Assembly: GCF_006345805.1 (NCBI RefSeq)
Contig: NC_043001.1
Location: 19,840,001-19,904,000, forward strand
DNA from: Octopus sinensis
Taxonomy: Eukaryota
Direction: 5' to 3'
DNA: 64,000 nt
Shown: in pieces, positions 1 through 14,421 of the stretch
Layout of the letters: every line of letters starts with the position of its first letter
Numbering within the stretch: position 1 is the stretch's first letter
Translations under genes and position numbers: made by a program
The notes under the pieces: model-generated
The model's input: the letters and a program-made list of their open reading frames with translations, nothing else
Database searches by the model: none
What the model was told of the DNA's origin: nothing

Positions 1-39
1 CTCTCTCACTTTTTCTGCCTCTTTCTTTCTTTCTTTCTT

Positions 40-73
<34 letters not shown>

Positions 74-74
<1 letters not shown>

Positions 75-466
75 GGCTGTGTGGTAAGTAGCTTGCTTAC
101 CAACCACATGGTTCCGGGTTCAGTCTGATTGTATGGCACCTTGGGCAAGAGTCTTCCACTATAGCCCCGGGCCGACCAAAGCCTTGTGAGTGGATTTGGT
201 TGACAGAAACTGAATAAACCCATCGTATATATATATGTATGTATGTGTGTGTGTATATGTTTGTGTGTCTGTGTTTGTACCCCCAACATCGCTTGACAAC
301 TGATGCTGGTATGTTTACATCCCCGTAACTTAGTGGTTCAGCAAAACAGACCAATAGAATAAGTACTAGGCTTACAAAGAATAAGTCCTGGAGTCGATTT
401 GCTCGACTAAAGGCGGTGCTCCAGCATGGCCACAGTCAAATGACTGAAACAAGTAAAAGAGTAAAG
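74..466 (+). mobile_element. tRNA-derived SINE, family A (head, internal (TA/TG)n tract, 3' body)
   Basis: Head GGCTGTGTGGTAAGTAGCTTG...GGTTCAGTC, then CCTTGGGCAAG, tail ...GACTGAAACAAGTAAAAGAG; about 25 related copies in the window. Confidence 0.9.
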
Positions 467-724
467 GAATAATATGTAAACCAACTGACACAATACAATT
501 GGAGTGCTGTGTATGGAAGTTATATCAAAATAGCCTTTATTTTTGTGTTTTAATTCACAATTTTGGATTATTTAAAATAAAAAAGAAGCTCTGAAAAATT
601 TCTAAAAAAAATAAGATAATTTAGAATTTTCAACAACAATTTTCCATTTTTCTGTACAGTAAGGGACCTTGATAGATATAGATTTGTAGATAGATACTCA
701 TACTTCATAAGTTTTGATGGTTAA

Positions 725-1430
725 CATCATCATCATCATTTAATGCTCGCTTTCCATGCTAGCATGGGTTGGACGATTTGACTGAGGACTGGCGAACCAG
801 ATGGCTGCACCAGACTCCAATCTGATCTGGCAGAGTTTCTACAGCTGGATGCCCTTCCTAATGCCAACCACTCTGAGAGTGTAGTGGGGGCTTTTACGTG
901 CCACCGCACGAGGGCCAGTCAGGTGGTACTGGCAATGACCACACTCAAAAGGTGCTTTTTATGTGCCACCTGCACAGGAGCCAGTCCAGCGGCACTGACG
1001 ACTTCGCTCAAATGTTTTTTCATGTCCCACTAGCACAAGTGCTAGTAAGGCGATGCAGGTAACGATCACGCTCGAATGGTGCTTTTTACATGCCATCGGC
1101 TCGGAGGCCAACTTGTTGCTCTGGCAACGATCTCACTCATATGGTACTCTTAACGCTCCACTAGCACGGATGCCAGTCATCGAATTTGATTTCGATTTCA
1201 ATTTCACTTGCCTCAACAGGTTTTTGCAAGCAGAGTTTAGTTTCCAATGAAGGAAAGGCATGCATAAGTGGGCTGGTTACACCCCTGGCATAGGCCACAA
1301 GGTTATAATCTCACTTGCGCTTGCCAAGTCTTCTCAAGCACAGCATATTTCCAGAAGTCTTGGTCACAAGTCATTGCCTTGGTGAGGCCCAATGTTCAAA
1401 GGTCATGCATCACCAACTCATCCGGTCATG
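725..1430 (-). mobile_element. 5'-truncated RTE LINE 3' end
   Basis: Reverse complement of the 3' region of the RTE copy at 33484-35275; (CAT)n is the (ATG)n tail. Confidence 0.85.
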
Positions 1431-1739
1431 CTTCACCAAATATTTCATAATAGTATTTCACAGACTAAACCTATCTTTGCTATACTGATTTCAGTCAAAT
1501 AACAGTCATGACATTCCATGTCAGTTCATCATTAGTCTACACACATTTAAAGCACATTTCAATTGTCACAAGTTGAACAGTGAAGGACTGTGAAGGGCAA
1601 TTCATTTGTGTACAATTCTCTTCCTAATTGAAACCCGACACAGGTACTTTTTATGGATTCTTTTCTAATGGTGTGAAACAGGCTTCTGGGAAAGATTATT
1701 TGAGCCATAAACAGTCACAATTAATATAAATGCTTCAAA

Positions 1740-1878
1740 AGGCAGTGAGCTGACAAACGTTAGCATGTCGGGCGAAGTGCTTAGCAGTATTTCATCTGTC
1801 TTTATGTACTGAGTTCAAATTCTGCCGAAGTCAACTTTGCCTTTCATGCTTTCATGCTTGATAAATTAAGAACCAGTT
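1740..1878 (+). mobile_element. SINE family C, partial
   Basis: GAGTTCAAATTCTGCCGAAGTCAACTTTGCCTTTCAT matches the full copy at 25320. Confidence 0.75.
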
Positions 1879-1879
1879 A

Positions 1880-2116
1880 TATATATATATGTATGCGTGT
1901 GTATATGTTTGTGTGTCTGTGTTTGTCCCCCCAACATTGCTTGACAACCGATGCTGGTGTGCTTACGTCCCCGTAACTTAGCAGTTTGGCAAAAGAGACC
2001 GATAGAATAAGTACTAGGCTTACAAAGAATAAGTCCTGGGGTCGATTTGCTCGACTAAAGGAGGTGCTCCAGCATGGCCACTGTCAAATGACTGAAACAA
2101 GTAAAAGAGTAAAGAA
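1880..2116 (+). mobile_element. SINE family A, 3' half
   Basis: Matches 240-466. Confidence 0.85.
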
Positions 2117-2445
2117 ATAAATTTCTTTTAAAACTTTCAAAATTCAGTTGGGATGAATCATGTTGTTTAATTGCATTGAATTACTCAGTGAAGTGGCAGA
2201 AATAAATATTTCCTTTCCTAAACAATGTTAATGCGCTTATCTCACAGAAACTACTTCCGTAAACACAAAGGGAAATACCACACAGTGTGGTGTGATCAAT
2301 GTAAATTACACAATTGATTAACTTCCAGCATCAACAATTTTGTCATTCAAATCTATTGTCATTTGAAAGACTGCAACAAGAAACACTAAGAACTGAGTGA
2401 AGCACATGCTTCATTTGATGGCGATAATTATATACATATATATAC

Positions 2446-2489
<44 letters not shown>

Positions 2490-2623
2490 ATATAAGTATA
2501 TATATATATATATACACACACACAATATAAGTATATATATATATATATATAAAAGTATTTTTTAATTTGCTGGCCATTGATAGAATTTTTTTCGAAAAAT
2601 TTTATCCTACATTAGATGTTAAT

Positions 2624-2674
<51 letters not shown>

Positions 2675-2764
2675 ATATAAGTATATTTATATATATACAC
2701 ACACAATATATGTATATTTGTATATATATATATATGTGCGTGTGTGTGTATATATATGTATATA

Positions 2765-3215
2765 TTCTTTTATTCTTTTATTCTTTTATTTGTTTCAGTC
2801 ATTTGACTGTGGCCATGCTGGAGCACCGCCTTTAATCGAGTAAATCGACCCCAGGACTTATTCTTTGTAAGCCCAGTACTTATTCTATCGGCCTCTTTTG
2901 CCGAACCGTTCATGGGGACATGAACACACCAACATCAGTTGTCAAGTGATGGTGGGGGGGGGACAAACATAGACACACAAACACACACACACACACATAT
3001 ATATATATAACATATCCCTCTCTCTCTTTCGGAGAGGCACTGAGCAGCTATACGCACACATACACACACGGCAGTAACTTCTGCCTACCGAATTCAATCA
3101 CAAAGCTTCAGTCGGCTCAGGGCTATAGTGGAAGACCCAAAGTGCCACGCAGTGGGACTGAACCTGAAACCATGTAGCTAGGAAGCAAGCTCCTTAACCA
3201 CACAGCCATGCCCGC
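2765..3215 (-). mobile_element. SINE family A
   Basis: Reverse complement of the family A consensus with a diverged head. Confidence 0.8.
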
Positions 3216-3226
3216 GATATATATAT

Positions 3227-3321
<95 letters not shown>

Positions 3322-3326
3322 TGCAT

Positions 3327-3550
3327 ATGGCTCAGTGATTAGAGTGTCGAGCTTACAATCGTGAAGTTGTGAGTTTGAATCCCGGACCGGGCTGTGCGCT
3401 GTGTTCTTGAGCAAGGCACTTTATTTCACGTTGCTCCAGTTAACTCAGCTGTAAAAATGAGTTGCGACATCACAGGTGCCAAGCTGTGTCAGCCTTTACC
3501 ATTCCCTTGGATGACACTGGTGGTGTGGAGAGGGGAGGCCAGTATGCATG
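3327..3550 (+). mobile_element. tRNA-derived SINE, head type E
   Basis: TGGCTCAGTGATTAGAG...GAGTTTGAATCCC (A/B-box-like), then GTTCTTGAGCAAGGCACTTTATTTCACGTTGCTCCAG; related heads at 38603, 42901, 52650. Confidence 0.75.
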
Positions 3551-4970
3551 TCATTACCATGTACCATAGCTGTTTATACACAGTATCATTCAGTCTGCCT
3601 TTCACTCTGAGGAAGAGACCCTTTGTTACTAACAGAGGTAGTAGCTCTCTGAATTTAAACCACCCTATTCTTATTCTAGCAGCTATGCTTTCAGAACAAC
3701 CTCCCCGACTACTAAATTGGTCACCAAAGTAATGAAAACCATCTACTACTTCTAAAGATCCCTCTTGACATTTGAGGGAGTCTATTTTTTGTACATTCCT
3801 GGTGTTTAATGTACCTGCATATCTGCCACCTTAGTCTTCCAGTGATACTACTGCACCTCTTATGTGTCCATAGCTTGAACTGGGTACATCTTATGGAGTT
3901 TCTCCCAACACCTTTTCTACATATCAAGCAGGGCCATCTTCCTGAAGGAATCTGGGATTTGTCTGTTCCCCTACTTTTCAATACTTTGATTCCAGTCCAT
4001 GCTTCCATACCTGAAATTTCTTCTTTAGTTCTGGTAGTGATTCAGCAATAAGAACAAAGTCATTTGCATAGAGGAGCTCCCAAGGGCAGCCAGTTTTAAA
4101 TTCCTCAGTTATAGTTAGGAGGAATTTGATAAATAAGAGGGGGTTAAGAACTGAACCCTGGTGGACTCCTGCTTGTACACTAAACTCCTTCCTATACTCA
4201 TTAAAAATTCTCACCTTACTAACAGCATCCCTGTACATGGCTCGTACAGCTCTCACAAACCATTCAATTATCCCTAACTTCCACATTGCTCACCAGATAA
4301 GGGAGCAGGGGATCTTGCCAAAGGCTTTCTCCATGTCAACAAAAGCCAAATATAGAGGTTCATTTTTGGCCAAGTATTTCACCAGGCAAATAGTATCATT
4401 AGTGCTTCTCAGTCCAAATCCAAACTGCATCTCATCTACACTAACTCTCTTCCTAATTAATTAAGCTACGACCCTTTCTGTAATTTTCATCACCTGGTCC
4501 AGCAATTTGATGCCCCTGTAATTTTTTCTGCCTAGGGCATCACCTTTGCCTTTGTAGCACTTGACTATAATGCTCCTACACCAGTCACTAGGTATGACTT
4601 CCTTGTGGACAACCTGATTAACTATATGGGTGACCAGGTCATATCCCACACTGCCAGGCATTTTAACCCTTTCGTTACCAACCTGGCTGAAAACGGCTCT
4701 GGATCTGAATACAGATGTCTTGTTTTCATAAGTTTGGAATTAAAATCTTCCAGCAAACCTTAGTCACAAATTTATGCTCCTAACACTAGCTGAATGATAA
4801 CTAAGTTATTTTACTACATTCTTTGTTATATTTAGAGTAATTGAAAGAAACACAGAGCATCTCAAATTAAATACAGTAACGAAAGGGTTAAGCATCTCAG
4901 CAGTGATACCTGATGGGCCAGAGGCTTTCCCTGTCTTCACATCCTTAATTGCTTTATCTACTAAACTACT
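3551..4970 (-). pseudogene. Decayed RTE-clade LINE reverse transcriptase (frameshifted, interrupted by a MITE)
   Basis: ORF fragments NYRGIKLL, GVHQGSVLNPLLF, ELLYANDFVLIAES; parallels 33484-34800. Confidence 0.9.
4667..4887. mobile_element. piggyBac-type MITE
   Basis: TTAA|CCCTTTCGTTAC...GTAACGAAAGGG|TTAA; the RTE frame rejoins when it is removed. Confidence 0.9.
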
Positions 4971-5510
4971 GGATAACTGTGGGAATTCCTATATTTTCCA
5001 GTTCTTATAGCTGAATCTATGTCATGGCCTCAACAAGGTGGGACTAAAGGGTCTTCTTAATTCACAAAAGTGAATTCATACCTTGTTTAGAATAAAATCA
5101 CAAGAAAGAAAAGAAAAGACAAATACTACACCATAGAGACTTCAGTAAACTGTGTGAAATTCTTAATCTCACTAATTTGAATCAGATGGTTCCAGGTTCA
5201 ATCCCATTGCATGGCGCCTTGGGCAAGTGTCTTCCAGTATAGTCCCAGATTGTCCAAAGCCTTGTGAGTGAATTTGATCTTAAAGCATACATTAGGGGTC
5301 GATAAAATAAGTACAAGTTAAGCACAGGGGTTGACGTAATCCCCCTCTCCTAAAAATGCTGGCCTTGTGCCAAAATTAGAAACTAGTACAATTTCATATT
5401 TAGTCTCTGCACGGCCCCCCTCCTCCTCCTTCACCTCATCCATCTGTTTGTGTTTATTAACCCTTCTCTCTATCATTTTCTCTTTCTGCCTTTATCACTA
5501 CACTCTGTTT

Positions 5511-5543
<33 letters not shown>

Positions 5544-5630
5544 TTGTTACCCTTGTTCTCTATTCTCTCTCTTATTCACTCTGTCTATTCTTGTTTTTAT
5601 CAGAAGCATGCACGAACTCTCAGTTTCATA

Positions 5631-5850
5631 CTCTCTCTCTTTCACTCTGTTTTTATACCTTCCCCTTTCCCCTTTCTCTCCTCAATTCTTATATCGTTCT
5701 CACTCTCTCTCTTTCACTGTTTTTATACCTTCCCCTTTCTCTCCTCAATTCTTATATCGTTCTCACTCTCTCTCTTTCACTCTGTTTTTATACCTTCCCC
5801 TTTCCCCTTTCTCTCCTCCATTTTTTATACCGCTCTCACTCTCTCTTCTC
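5631..5850 (+). repeat. Pyrimidine-rich minisatellite, ~65-72 bp unit, ~3 copies
   Basis: Repeated CTCTCTCTTTCAC(TC)TGTTTTTATACCTTCCCCTTT...TATATCGTTCTCA. Confidence 0.85.
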
Positions 5851-6171
5851 TTTTTTATTATTCTTTCACTGTTTTTATTCACTTGTTCTGTCTCTATCGC
5901 TTTGCTCTCTCTCTCCTCCCCTTCCTCCTCCTATCTCCATTTCTTTTTCTCTCATTTCTTTTTCTGTCTTTTACTCTCTCTCTCTCTCTCTTCATCACCA
6001 CTTTACACTTTACTCACTCCCACGCTCACGCACTACTCGTGAATACAGTCACAGATACACAAGCGGACACGTTCATTCACACCCGCCCTTTCTGTGCTGA
6101 GTGTGTGTGTGTGTGTGTGTTTGTGTATGTATGTGTGTGCGTATTTCTCAACAAGTATCTCAATAGCTCTG

Positions 6172-7566
6172 AACATACATACATACACACACATACATAC
6201 ATACATACACACATACATACATACACACGTACATACATACTTACATACATACATACGTACATACGTACATACTTACATACATACATATATGCATGCATAC
6301 ATGCATACATACATACATACACACACACATACATACATACACAAACACACATACACACATACATACATACATACATACATACATACACACACACATACAC
6401 ACATACATACATACATACACACACACATACACACATACATACATACATACATACACACATACACACATACATACATACATACATACATACACACATACAC
6501 ACATACATACATACATACATACATACACACATACACACATACATACATACATGCATACATACATACACACACACATACACACATACATACATACATACAT
6601 ACATACATACATACATACATACACACATACATACACACATACATACATACATACACATACACACATACATTCATACATACATACATACATACATACATAC
6701 ACACATACATACATACATACATACACACATACACACATACACACATACACACATACATACATACATACATACATACATACATACACACATACATACATAC
6801 ATACATACATACATACATACATACATACACACACACATACACACATACATTCATACATACATACACACACACATACATACATACATGCATACATACATAC
6901 ACATACATACATACATACACACATACATACATACATACATACATACATACATACATACATACATACATACATACACACATACATACATACATACATACAC
7001 ACATACACATACATACATACATACATACATACATACATACATACACACACATACATACATACATCACACATACATACATACATACATACATACATACATA
7101 CATACAACATACATACATACACACATACATACATACATACATACATACATACATACATACACACACATACATACATACATACATACACACATACATACAT
7201 ACATACATACATACATACATACATACACACATACATACATACATACACACATACATACATACATACATACATACATACACTACATACATACATACATACA
7301 TACAACACACATACATACACACACATACAGACATACATACATCATACATACATACAACACACATACATACATACACACATACATCATACATACATACACA
7401 CATACACACATACACACATACATACATACATACATACATACATACACACATACATACACACATACATACATACATACATACATACATACATACACACATA
7501 CATACATACATACACACATACATACATACATACATACATACATACATACATACATACATACATACA
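6172..7566 (+). repeat. ~1.4 kb (CATA)n/(CA)n compound microsatellite
   Basis: Direct reading; source of the HTYI/MYVC ORFs. Confidence 0.97.
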
Positions 7567-8079
7567 TGTGTGTGAAGAGCAGTAATTTCCTATATGGATT
7601 GCCTTAGATCCTGGCAACTCGTCTATCCCATGGCAACAATGGAAAACGGACGTAAAACTATGTCAATGGTGATGATGATAAATGAATCTATATTTTGTAT
7701 AGCTCTCTGTATATATCAGTATATCTGTATATCCATGTATGTACACACAGACACACACACACGTTCACATACAAATTCATTCATATTATAACCGGTGTTT
7801 GCTTGTTTACGCTTACGTTCCAATAACTTAGCGGTTCAGCTAAGGGAACCGACAAAGTACAAGAAATAAATACTGGAGGGCAATTCGTTCAACTTAACAC
7901 TTCAAAACGGTGCCCAATTATGGCCAAGGCCCATTGGCTGAGACAAGTGATGTTTGTGTGTATGTGTGTATACACATAATACACATACACATACAATTCG
8001 TAGCTCCGTATGTATGCATGCATGCATATACGTATGCATCTATGTATGTAGTATATATGTAATAGCTATAACTATATAT

Positions 8080-8113
<34 letters not shown>

Positions 8114-8141
8114 ATATATATATATAGCTATTTATAAATAA

Positions 8142-8325
8142 GGATAAGATCGATATTTAAATATCGATCTTATCAAGTGGTCAGCATGGGAATAAAAACC
8201 TTACAAAGGTAATAATTATTAAAAATTATAAATTAGGGTCTCTGAGAGATACCACCACGCTGAAATAGGTTTTGACTGCTATTTCAGCGTGGTGGTATCT
8301 CTCAGATACCCTAATTTATAATTTT
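8142..8325. repeat. 32-bp perfect palindrome plus ~47-bp-arm hairpin within a (TA)n tract
   Basis: GATAAGATCGATATTTAAATATCGATCTTATC; ...ACCACCACGCTGAAATAG-loop-CTATTTCAGCGTGGTGGT... Confidence 0.9.
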
Positions 8326-8357
8326 ATATATATAGCTATATATTTGTATGTATGTAT

Positions 8358-8609
8358 CTTATTATAAATTTTCCACCGAGGAAGAAGCCTGTTTCCAACA
8401 AAGATACAAGGCTCCGTTTTTGGGATGTAGTCGACACAAATTCACATTTGGAACTTGAGAAAAGTCTTGCATATTTTTACTGTTCCGCTTACAGATTGCG
8501 CTTGTAATGTACAAATTAGCCGGTCAATTTCTCTTTCTGAAAATCCCAGTTTATCCAGGTTCTCCTTTAAGCATTTACTAACAAAACCTAATGCTCCAAT
8601 TATTACTGG

Positions 8610-8610
<1 letters not shown>
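8358..8610 (-). mobile_element. 3' end of an RLE-type (R4/Dong-like) non-LTR retrotransposon
   Basis: Minus frame IPVIIGALGFVSKCLKENLDKLG...GTVKICKTFLKFQM*, then a short UTR running into (TACA)n. Confidence 0.7.
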
Positions 8611-8641
<31 letters not shown>

Positions 8642-8758
8642 TGTATGTATGTTGTATGTATGTATGTATGCATGTATGCATGTATGTATGTATGTATGTA
8701 TGTATGTATGTATGTATGTATGTATGTGTGTGTGCATGCATGTATGTATGTGTGTGTG

Positions 8759-8790
<32 letters not shown>

Positions 8791-9051
8791 TGTATGTATG
8801 TATGTATGTATGCATGCATATATGTATTTATGTATGTATGTATGTATGTATGTGTGTATGTATGTATGTATGTATGCATGTATGTATGTATGTGTGTATG
8901 CATGCATATATGTATGTGTGTGTGTGTGCATGTATGTATGTATGCATGCATACATGAATGTATGTGTGTGTATATGTATGTATGTATGCATGCATCTATG
9001 TATGTGTGTGTGTATATGTATGTATGCATGTATGAATGTATGTATGCATGC

Positions 9052-9084
<33 letters not shown>

Positions 9085-9427
9085 TGTATGTATGTATGCA
9101 TGCATGCATGCATGTATGTATGTATGTATGTATGTATGTATGTATGCATGCATATATGTATTTATGTATGTATGTATGTATGCATGCATGTATGTATGTA
9201 TGTGTGTGTATGTATGTATGTATGTATGTATGCATGCATATATGTATTTATGTATGTATGTATGCATGCATGTATGTATGTATGTGTGTATGTATGTATG
9301 TATGTATGTATGTATGTATGTATGTATGTATGTATGTATGTATGCATGCATATATGTATTTATGTATGTATGTATGTATGTATGCATGCATGTATGTATG
9401 TATGTGTGTGTATGTATGTATGCATAC

Positions 9428-9460
<33 letters not shown>

Positions 9461-9468
9461 TGTATGTA
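8611..9468 (+). repeat. (TATG)n compound microsatellite
   Basis: Direct reading. Confidence 0.97.
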
Positions 9469-10141
9469 TCTTTTTTTCTATACAACACGGGATTTCCCAT
9501 GTACATACGTGTAACAAAATATATACTTTGTAAATTCCTGACAGCTTAGTTTGAGTGTAAGAAAATCGTTCTCCATTTCATCTGAAACCATTAAAACTAT
9601 ACGATAAAGAAGTTCATTTGTTTGCCCCAACTCTTTCCGTAAAGAACTACCTCTTAACACCAGCCATACACGAGACTTCAAAAACACAACACGAACAACA
9701 AACCCTTAACACACCCATTGAAGACGACAATCCTTTCTTCTATGGCAGATCTCTTTATTATAAAACTGTCAGCGAGTCTTTAAACTTTTTGGCTCTTTTA
9801 TTAGCTGCAAAATAGCAATGTGACTCAGAGCTATTTCATTAAATATCTTGGCTTTGCACTTTGTGTGTGTATATATGAGTTTCGTTCACTGTTAATGTGT
9901 ATATGTTTGTGTGTAGTGTGCGGAGTTTTTTTTTTTTCTTTCTGCTTTTGAATATTTTTGTTCATGTGGAATATGTATGTATCTGTTTGTATTTGGGTTA
10001 ATGTGAAGCCTTGTAATATGCGTATAGGAGTTTGATGATGTGTGGGTGTGTCTATGGCTTGTGGATGTGTGTATGTGGGAGTTGTGAATATTAGTACATG
10101 CACGTATATGCGTATATGGGGGCGTAGTTATATGTGTGTGT

Positions 10142-10184
<43 letters not shown>

Positions 10185-10299
10185 ATGTTCTGTTGTACGT
10201 GTGCGAAAATTGAGTGTGCGTGTGTGTGTGGATATGGGGGGAACGTGTGAGTGTATGTGAACATATGTGCACGTATTTAATTACGTGAATGTCTTATTG

Positions 10300-10690
10300 T
10301 GTGTGTATGCATGTATGTATGTATGTATGTATGTATGTATTTATGTATGTATGTATGCATGTATTTATGTACGCGTACACGTGAATTTTTGTACATACGT
10401 ATGTGAATATATGAGCGTGAATGTAGTGTATGTGTGTGAATATGTGAGAGTATGTATGTATGTATGTATGTATGTATGTATGTATGTATGTATGTATGTA
10501 CGTACGTACGTATGTATGTGTGTGTGTATGTATGTACGTATGCATGTATGTATGTATGTATGTATGTATGTATGTATGTATGTATGTATGTACGTATGCA
10601 TGTACGTATGTATGTATGTACGTACGTACGTATGTATGTATGTATGTATGTATGTATGTATGTATGTATGTATGTATGTATGTATGTTTG
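10300..10690 (+). repeat. (TATG)n microsatellite
   Basis: Direct reading. Confidence 0.95.
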
Positions 10691-11382
10691 TACGTATATG
10701 AGTTTGTGTGACTGCGTGAGTGTATATGACTGGTTTAATTTATGTGTACATTTGTTAGCATGTATTTATGTATGAATATTTGTGTATGTATATCATACGT
10801 GAGTATGGATATTTGTATGTATGTGTATGTCTGTTTGTGAATAGTAGATTCACATGCGTATTCTGTGTGGGTGAGTGTGTATGCATATGTGTGTGAGTCT
10901 GTTTATGACTGTATGTATGTATGCATGTGTGAGTATGTGTATGAGTGAGTGAGTGAGTATGTGTGTGAGTCTGTTTTCATACCAGTAAAAGGGACCAGTT
11001 TTCTTAAGATCCATTTATTTCTTTAAAAAGTGTCAAAGAACACCGCCTCTATTATCCCTCGATTTCTTCCTTGAATGCTCGAAAGTTATTTTACAATGGA
11101 GACTCTGTTGTTTAGAGCTACACAACCTTTCCACTTTTTTGCCAAACAAAGCTTTAATTGAAAAATTAAGTCATTCCTTCCACAGTGAAGACATTAAAAA
11201 TATTTTTCTGTCTGATTCCTCACGTCTTTTGTGTTCTTGGCAATAACAGTACTTTCTCATATTCACTTTAGATATATTCATAAATATTCCGGTATTTAAT
11301 GCTATCATTTATGGATTTTAATTTGAGTGTATGTTTATGTATATGTGTGTGTGTGTAGAGGAATATATGTGTATATATATGT

Positions 11383-11421
<39 letters not shown>

Positions 11422-11641
11422 TGCATGTGTGTGTGTTGTATAAAATTCCAGATTTAGGAAGAGTACACAGTGTCCTTACCTCGTAAGAGACACGTAAAAG
11501 GGTTGGTATTAGGAAAAGCATCTTGTTATAAAAAGAAAAAGAAAATGCTTCAAATAATATTTCTGACCCATGCCACCATGGAAGTGTGGATACAACGATG
11601 ACGATGATGAAGATAGTGATGTGTGTGTGTGTATGTATGTG

Positions 11642-11789
11642 TGTGTATTAAGGCTACCATTGGTTTCAGGTTATGAAAGAATATCTTAGTATCTTAACAA
11701 TTATCCAAGCCGATCACATGGAAGAATAATTGTTAAGATATTAAGATATCTTTTTCTTAGCATGAAACCAATGGTAGCCTTAATACACA
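11642..11789. repeat. Fold-back inverted repeat, ~60-bp arms
   Basis: GTGTATTAAGGCTACCATTGGTTTCA...TGAAACCAATGGTAGCCTTAATACAC. Confidence 0.9.
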
Positions 11790-11879
11790 AATAAAGAAAC
11801 TTTATCCACCAATGCAGTGTTGAGCACTCATTCTCATATAATTTGTATCCTATTTAAATTAACTAGAGAGAGAGAGAGA

Positions 11880-12303
11880 ATACCAAGAGAATACCCTCCA
11901 TCAGGCATTTGCCATATTCTGAATGCCTTACTTCCCTGGGCATGGACCCATTGAAACTCCGATGTCTGGCAGCTGACTTGGTAGACACCCATAAAATTAT
12001 TAACCATCTTACTAACAACAACTCTGAGCACCTTTTCAAACTCCATCTGTGGACATGTTTACAAAGTCAGAAAACAGCACAGCTCCCATGACTTTCGAAA
12101 ACAATTTTTCACGCTGAGAGTTGCTGAAGCATGGAACAAACTGCCAGCATCAGTTGTTGGTTGTCGGAGCACTGCATCCTTCAAAACTTCCATGCTTCCT
12201 GAGATTCGCCAACACTACACCTGATTTTCTCCCCTCCATACACAAGCAAGCATGTATCTGACTCATACACTGTTTGCTTTCCAGACAGGTGTATACAATA
12301 ATT

Positions 12304-12361
<58 letters not shown>

Positions 12362-12364
12362 TAC

Positions 12365-12435
<71 letters not shown>

Positions 12436-12490
12436 TATTATTATTATTATATTATTATTTTATTATTATTATTATTATTATATTATTATT
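11880..12490 (+). mobile_element. CR1/L2-like LINE 3' end with long (ATT)n tail
   Basis: PYSECLTSLGMDPLKLRCLAADLVDTHKII and FFTLRVAEAWNKLPASVV C-terminal motifs; second copy at 57811. Confidence 0.8.
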
Positions 12491-12782
12491 ATATATAATA
12501 TATATTATGTGTAATATGTGCACATTATCAACCTCTCATATTGACCATTATTTGTACCATTGCCTTTCCATACATTAACTCTCTCCCACCACACTTTTAG
12601 CATTTAACCCCACCACTCAGCACCTTCCATCATTCTCCTATCTAGTGTATTATTCTGCTCTGGAAAGTAAGGAAACAAGAACCTGCCTGTTACAACTAAC
12701 TACTTCATATCACCAATTTTGTACTGACAGTCACTACTCACTTTCCTCTGTTGTTGTCATGATACACAAATTCACACAAACA

Positions 12783-13043
<261 letters not shown>

Positions 13044-13549
13044 TATATATATATATAGATATATGGACAGCATTTCATCAAGGAAGAGTAATTTGAATGA
13101 GTCATTTTTGCCATTTAAGACCATAAATATCTGTTACTGTCACCTCTCATGCATTTCCTTGTAGCATTGTCCACCATTAAGCACCAAAAGCCTTTTATCT
13201 CTCCACCACACCCCTATCAATGACACAATTCTACTGAGATGGAGCAAAAGTGTGTCAATGGTCAGGGCGCAGCAACACAGCAAAACCGTCCAACACTTCA
13301 GAAAACAAAGTGTTATCAAGAAATAAATAAATAATGAATGTAATGTAATAGACTACTCTGTGTGTGTGTGTGTGTGTGTGTGTAGATGTATGTATTATCA
13401 TCATCACCATCATCATCCTCATTTAATGTCTGTTTTCCATGCTGGCATGATAGGACAGTTTGACAGCAACTGGCAAGTCAGAAAGTTGAACCTAGCTCTG
13501 CTGTGTTTTAGCGTGGCTTTCTACAGCTTGATGTCCTTCCTAATGCCTG

Positions 13550-13868
13550 TTTCTTTATTACCCACAAGGGGCTAAACACAGAGAGGACAAACAAGGACAG
13601 ACATAGGTATTAAGTCGATTATATCGACCCCAGTGCGTAACTGGTACTTAATTTATCAACCCCGAAAGGATGAAAGGCAAAGTCAACCTCAGCGGAATTT
13701 GAACTCAGAACGTAACGGCAGACGAAATACCTATTTCTTTACTACTTAATTTATCGACCCCGAAAGGATGAAAGGCAAAGTTGACCTCGGTGGAATTTGA
13801 ACTCAGAACGTAATGGCAGACGAAATACGGCTACGCATTTCACCCGGCGTGCTAACGATTCTGCCAGT
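13550..13868 (-). mobile_element. SINE family C with internal duplication
   Basis: Two ATC(A/G)ACCCCGAAAGGATGAAAGGCAAAG segments. Confidence 0.85.
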
Positions 13869-14421
13869 CCTTCCTAATGCCGACTATTGTACCTTCTGTA
13901 CAGGGTGCTTTTTACATGGTACCAGCAACAGTAAGGTCACCAAGTAACTTGCAGGACAAGAGCCCTCAACTAGGGGTGGAGTAGTATTGTGGGACAGAGA
14001 AGGTGTTTTGCATTAGAAGAGAAACATGGCTATCTCAGATAGGGAGAGAGAGGGAAGAGAAAGATGGTGAAGATGTGATTGGGAAGGGGACAGACATGGT
14101 ACATCCAAATTACAGGGAGATATATACAGTGGGGTGGACTGGGGACTAGAAAAGGCAGGGAAGGCTCACAAGATTTTGAAAGGACAGTGGGAGCATAATG
14201 ATACTAATAACCTGGTGTTAGAAGTCAGTGTGTATATGTTGTTTGTTATGGTTGCCTGGTTTCATTGGTGCATAGGTTCCCTATCTGGATGGGACAACGG
14301 TCTGTCGGAGGTGAGCTGCTAGATGCAGGAAGAAAGATTGAGAGAAAATTGTGGCGAAAGAATCAGCAGAAGTTTGTCATTACCTTCTGCTAAAGCTGTA
14401 TGGAGCTTAAGTATGGAGCTT

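Noticed and set aside
97-354. Recurrent short ORFs ending ...CPRCHAVGLNPEPCGW
   Set aside because: Antisense translation of SINE family A, not a protein family
5367-7607. 746-aa ORF and the overlapping HTYI/MYVC ORFs, including 8442-10775
   Set aside because: Stop-free translations of pyrimidine tracts and (CATA)n/(TATG)n microsatellites, open in several frames on both strands
9470-9815. Possible host exon in unique sequence
   Set aside because: No recognisable domain or convincing splice-bounded frame; cannot be excluded without RNA-seq
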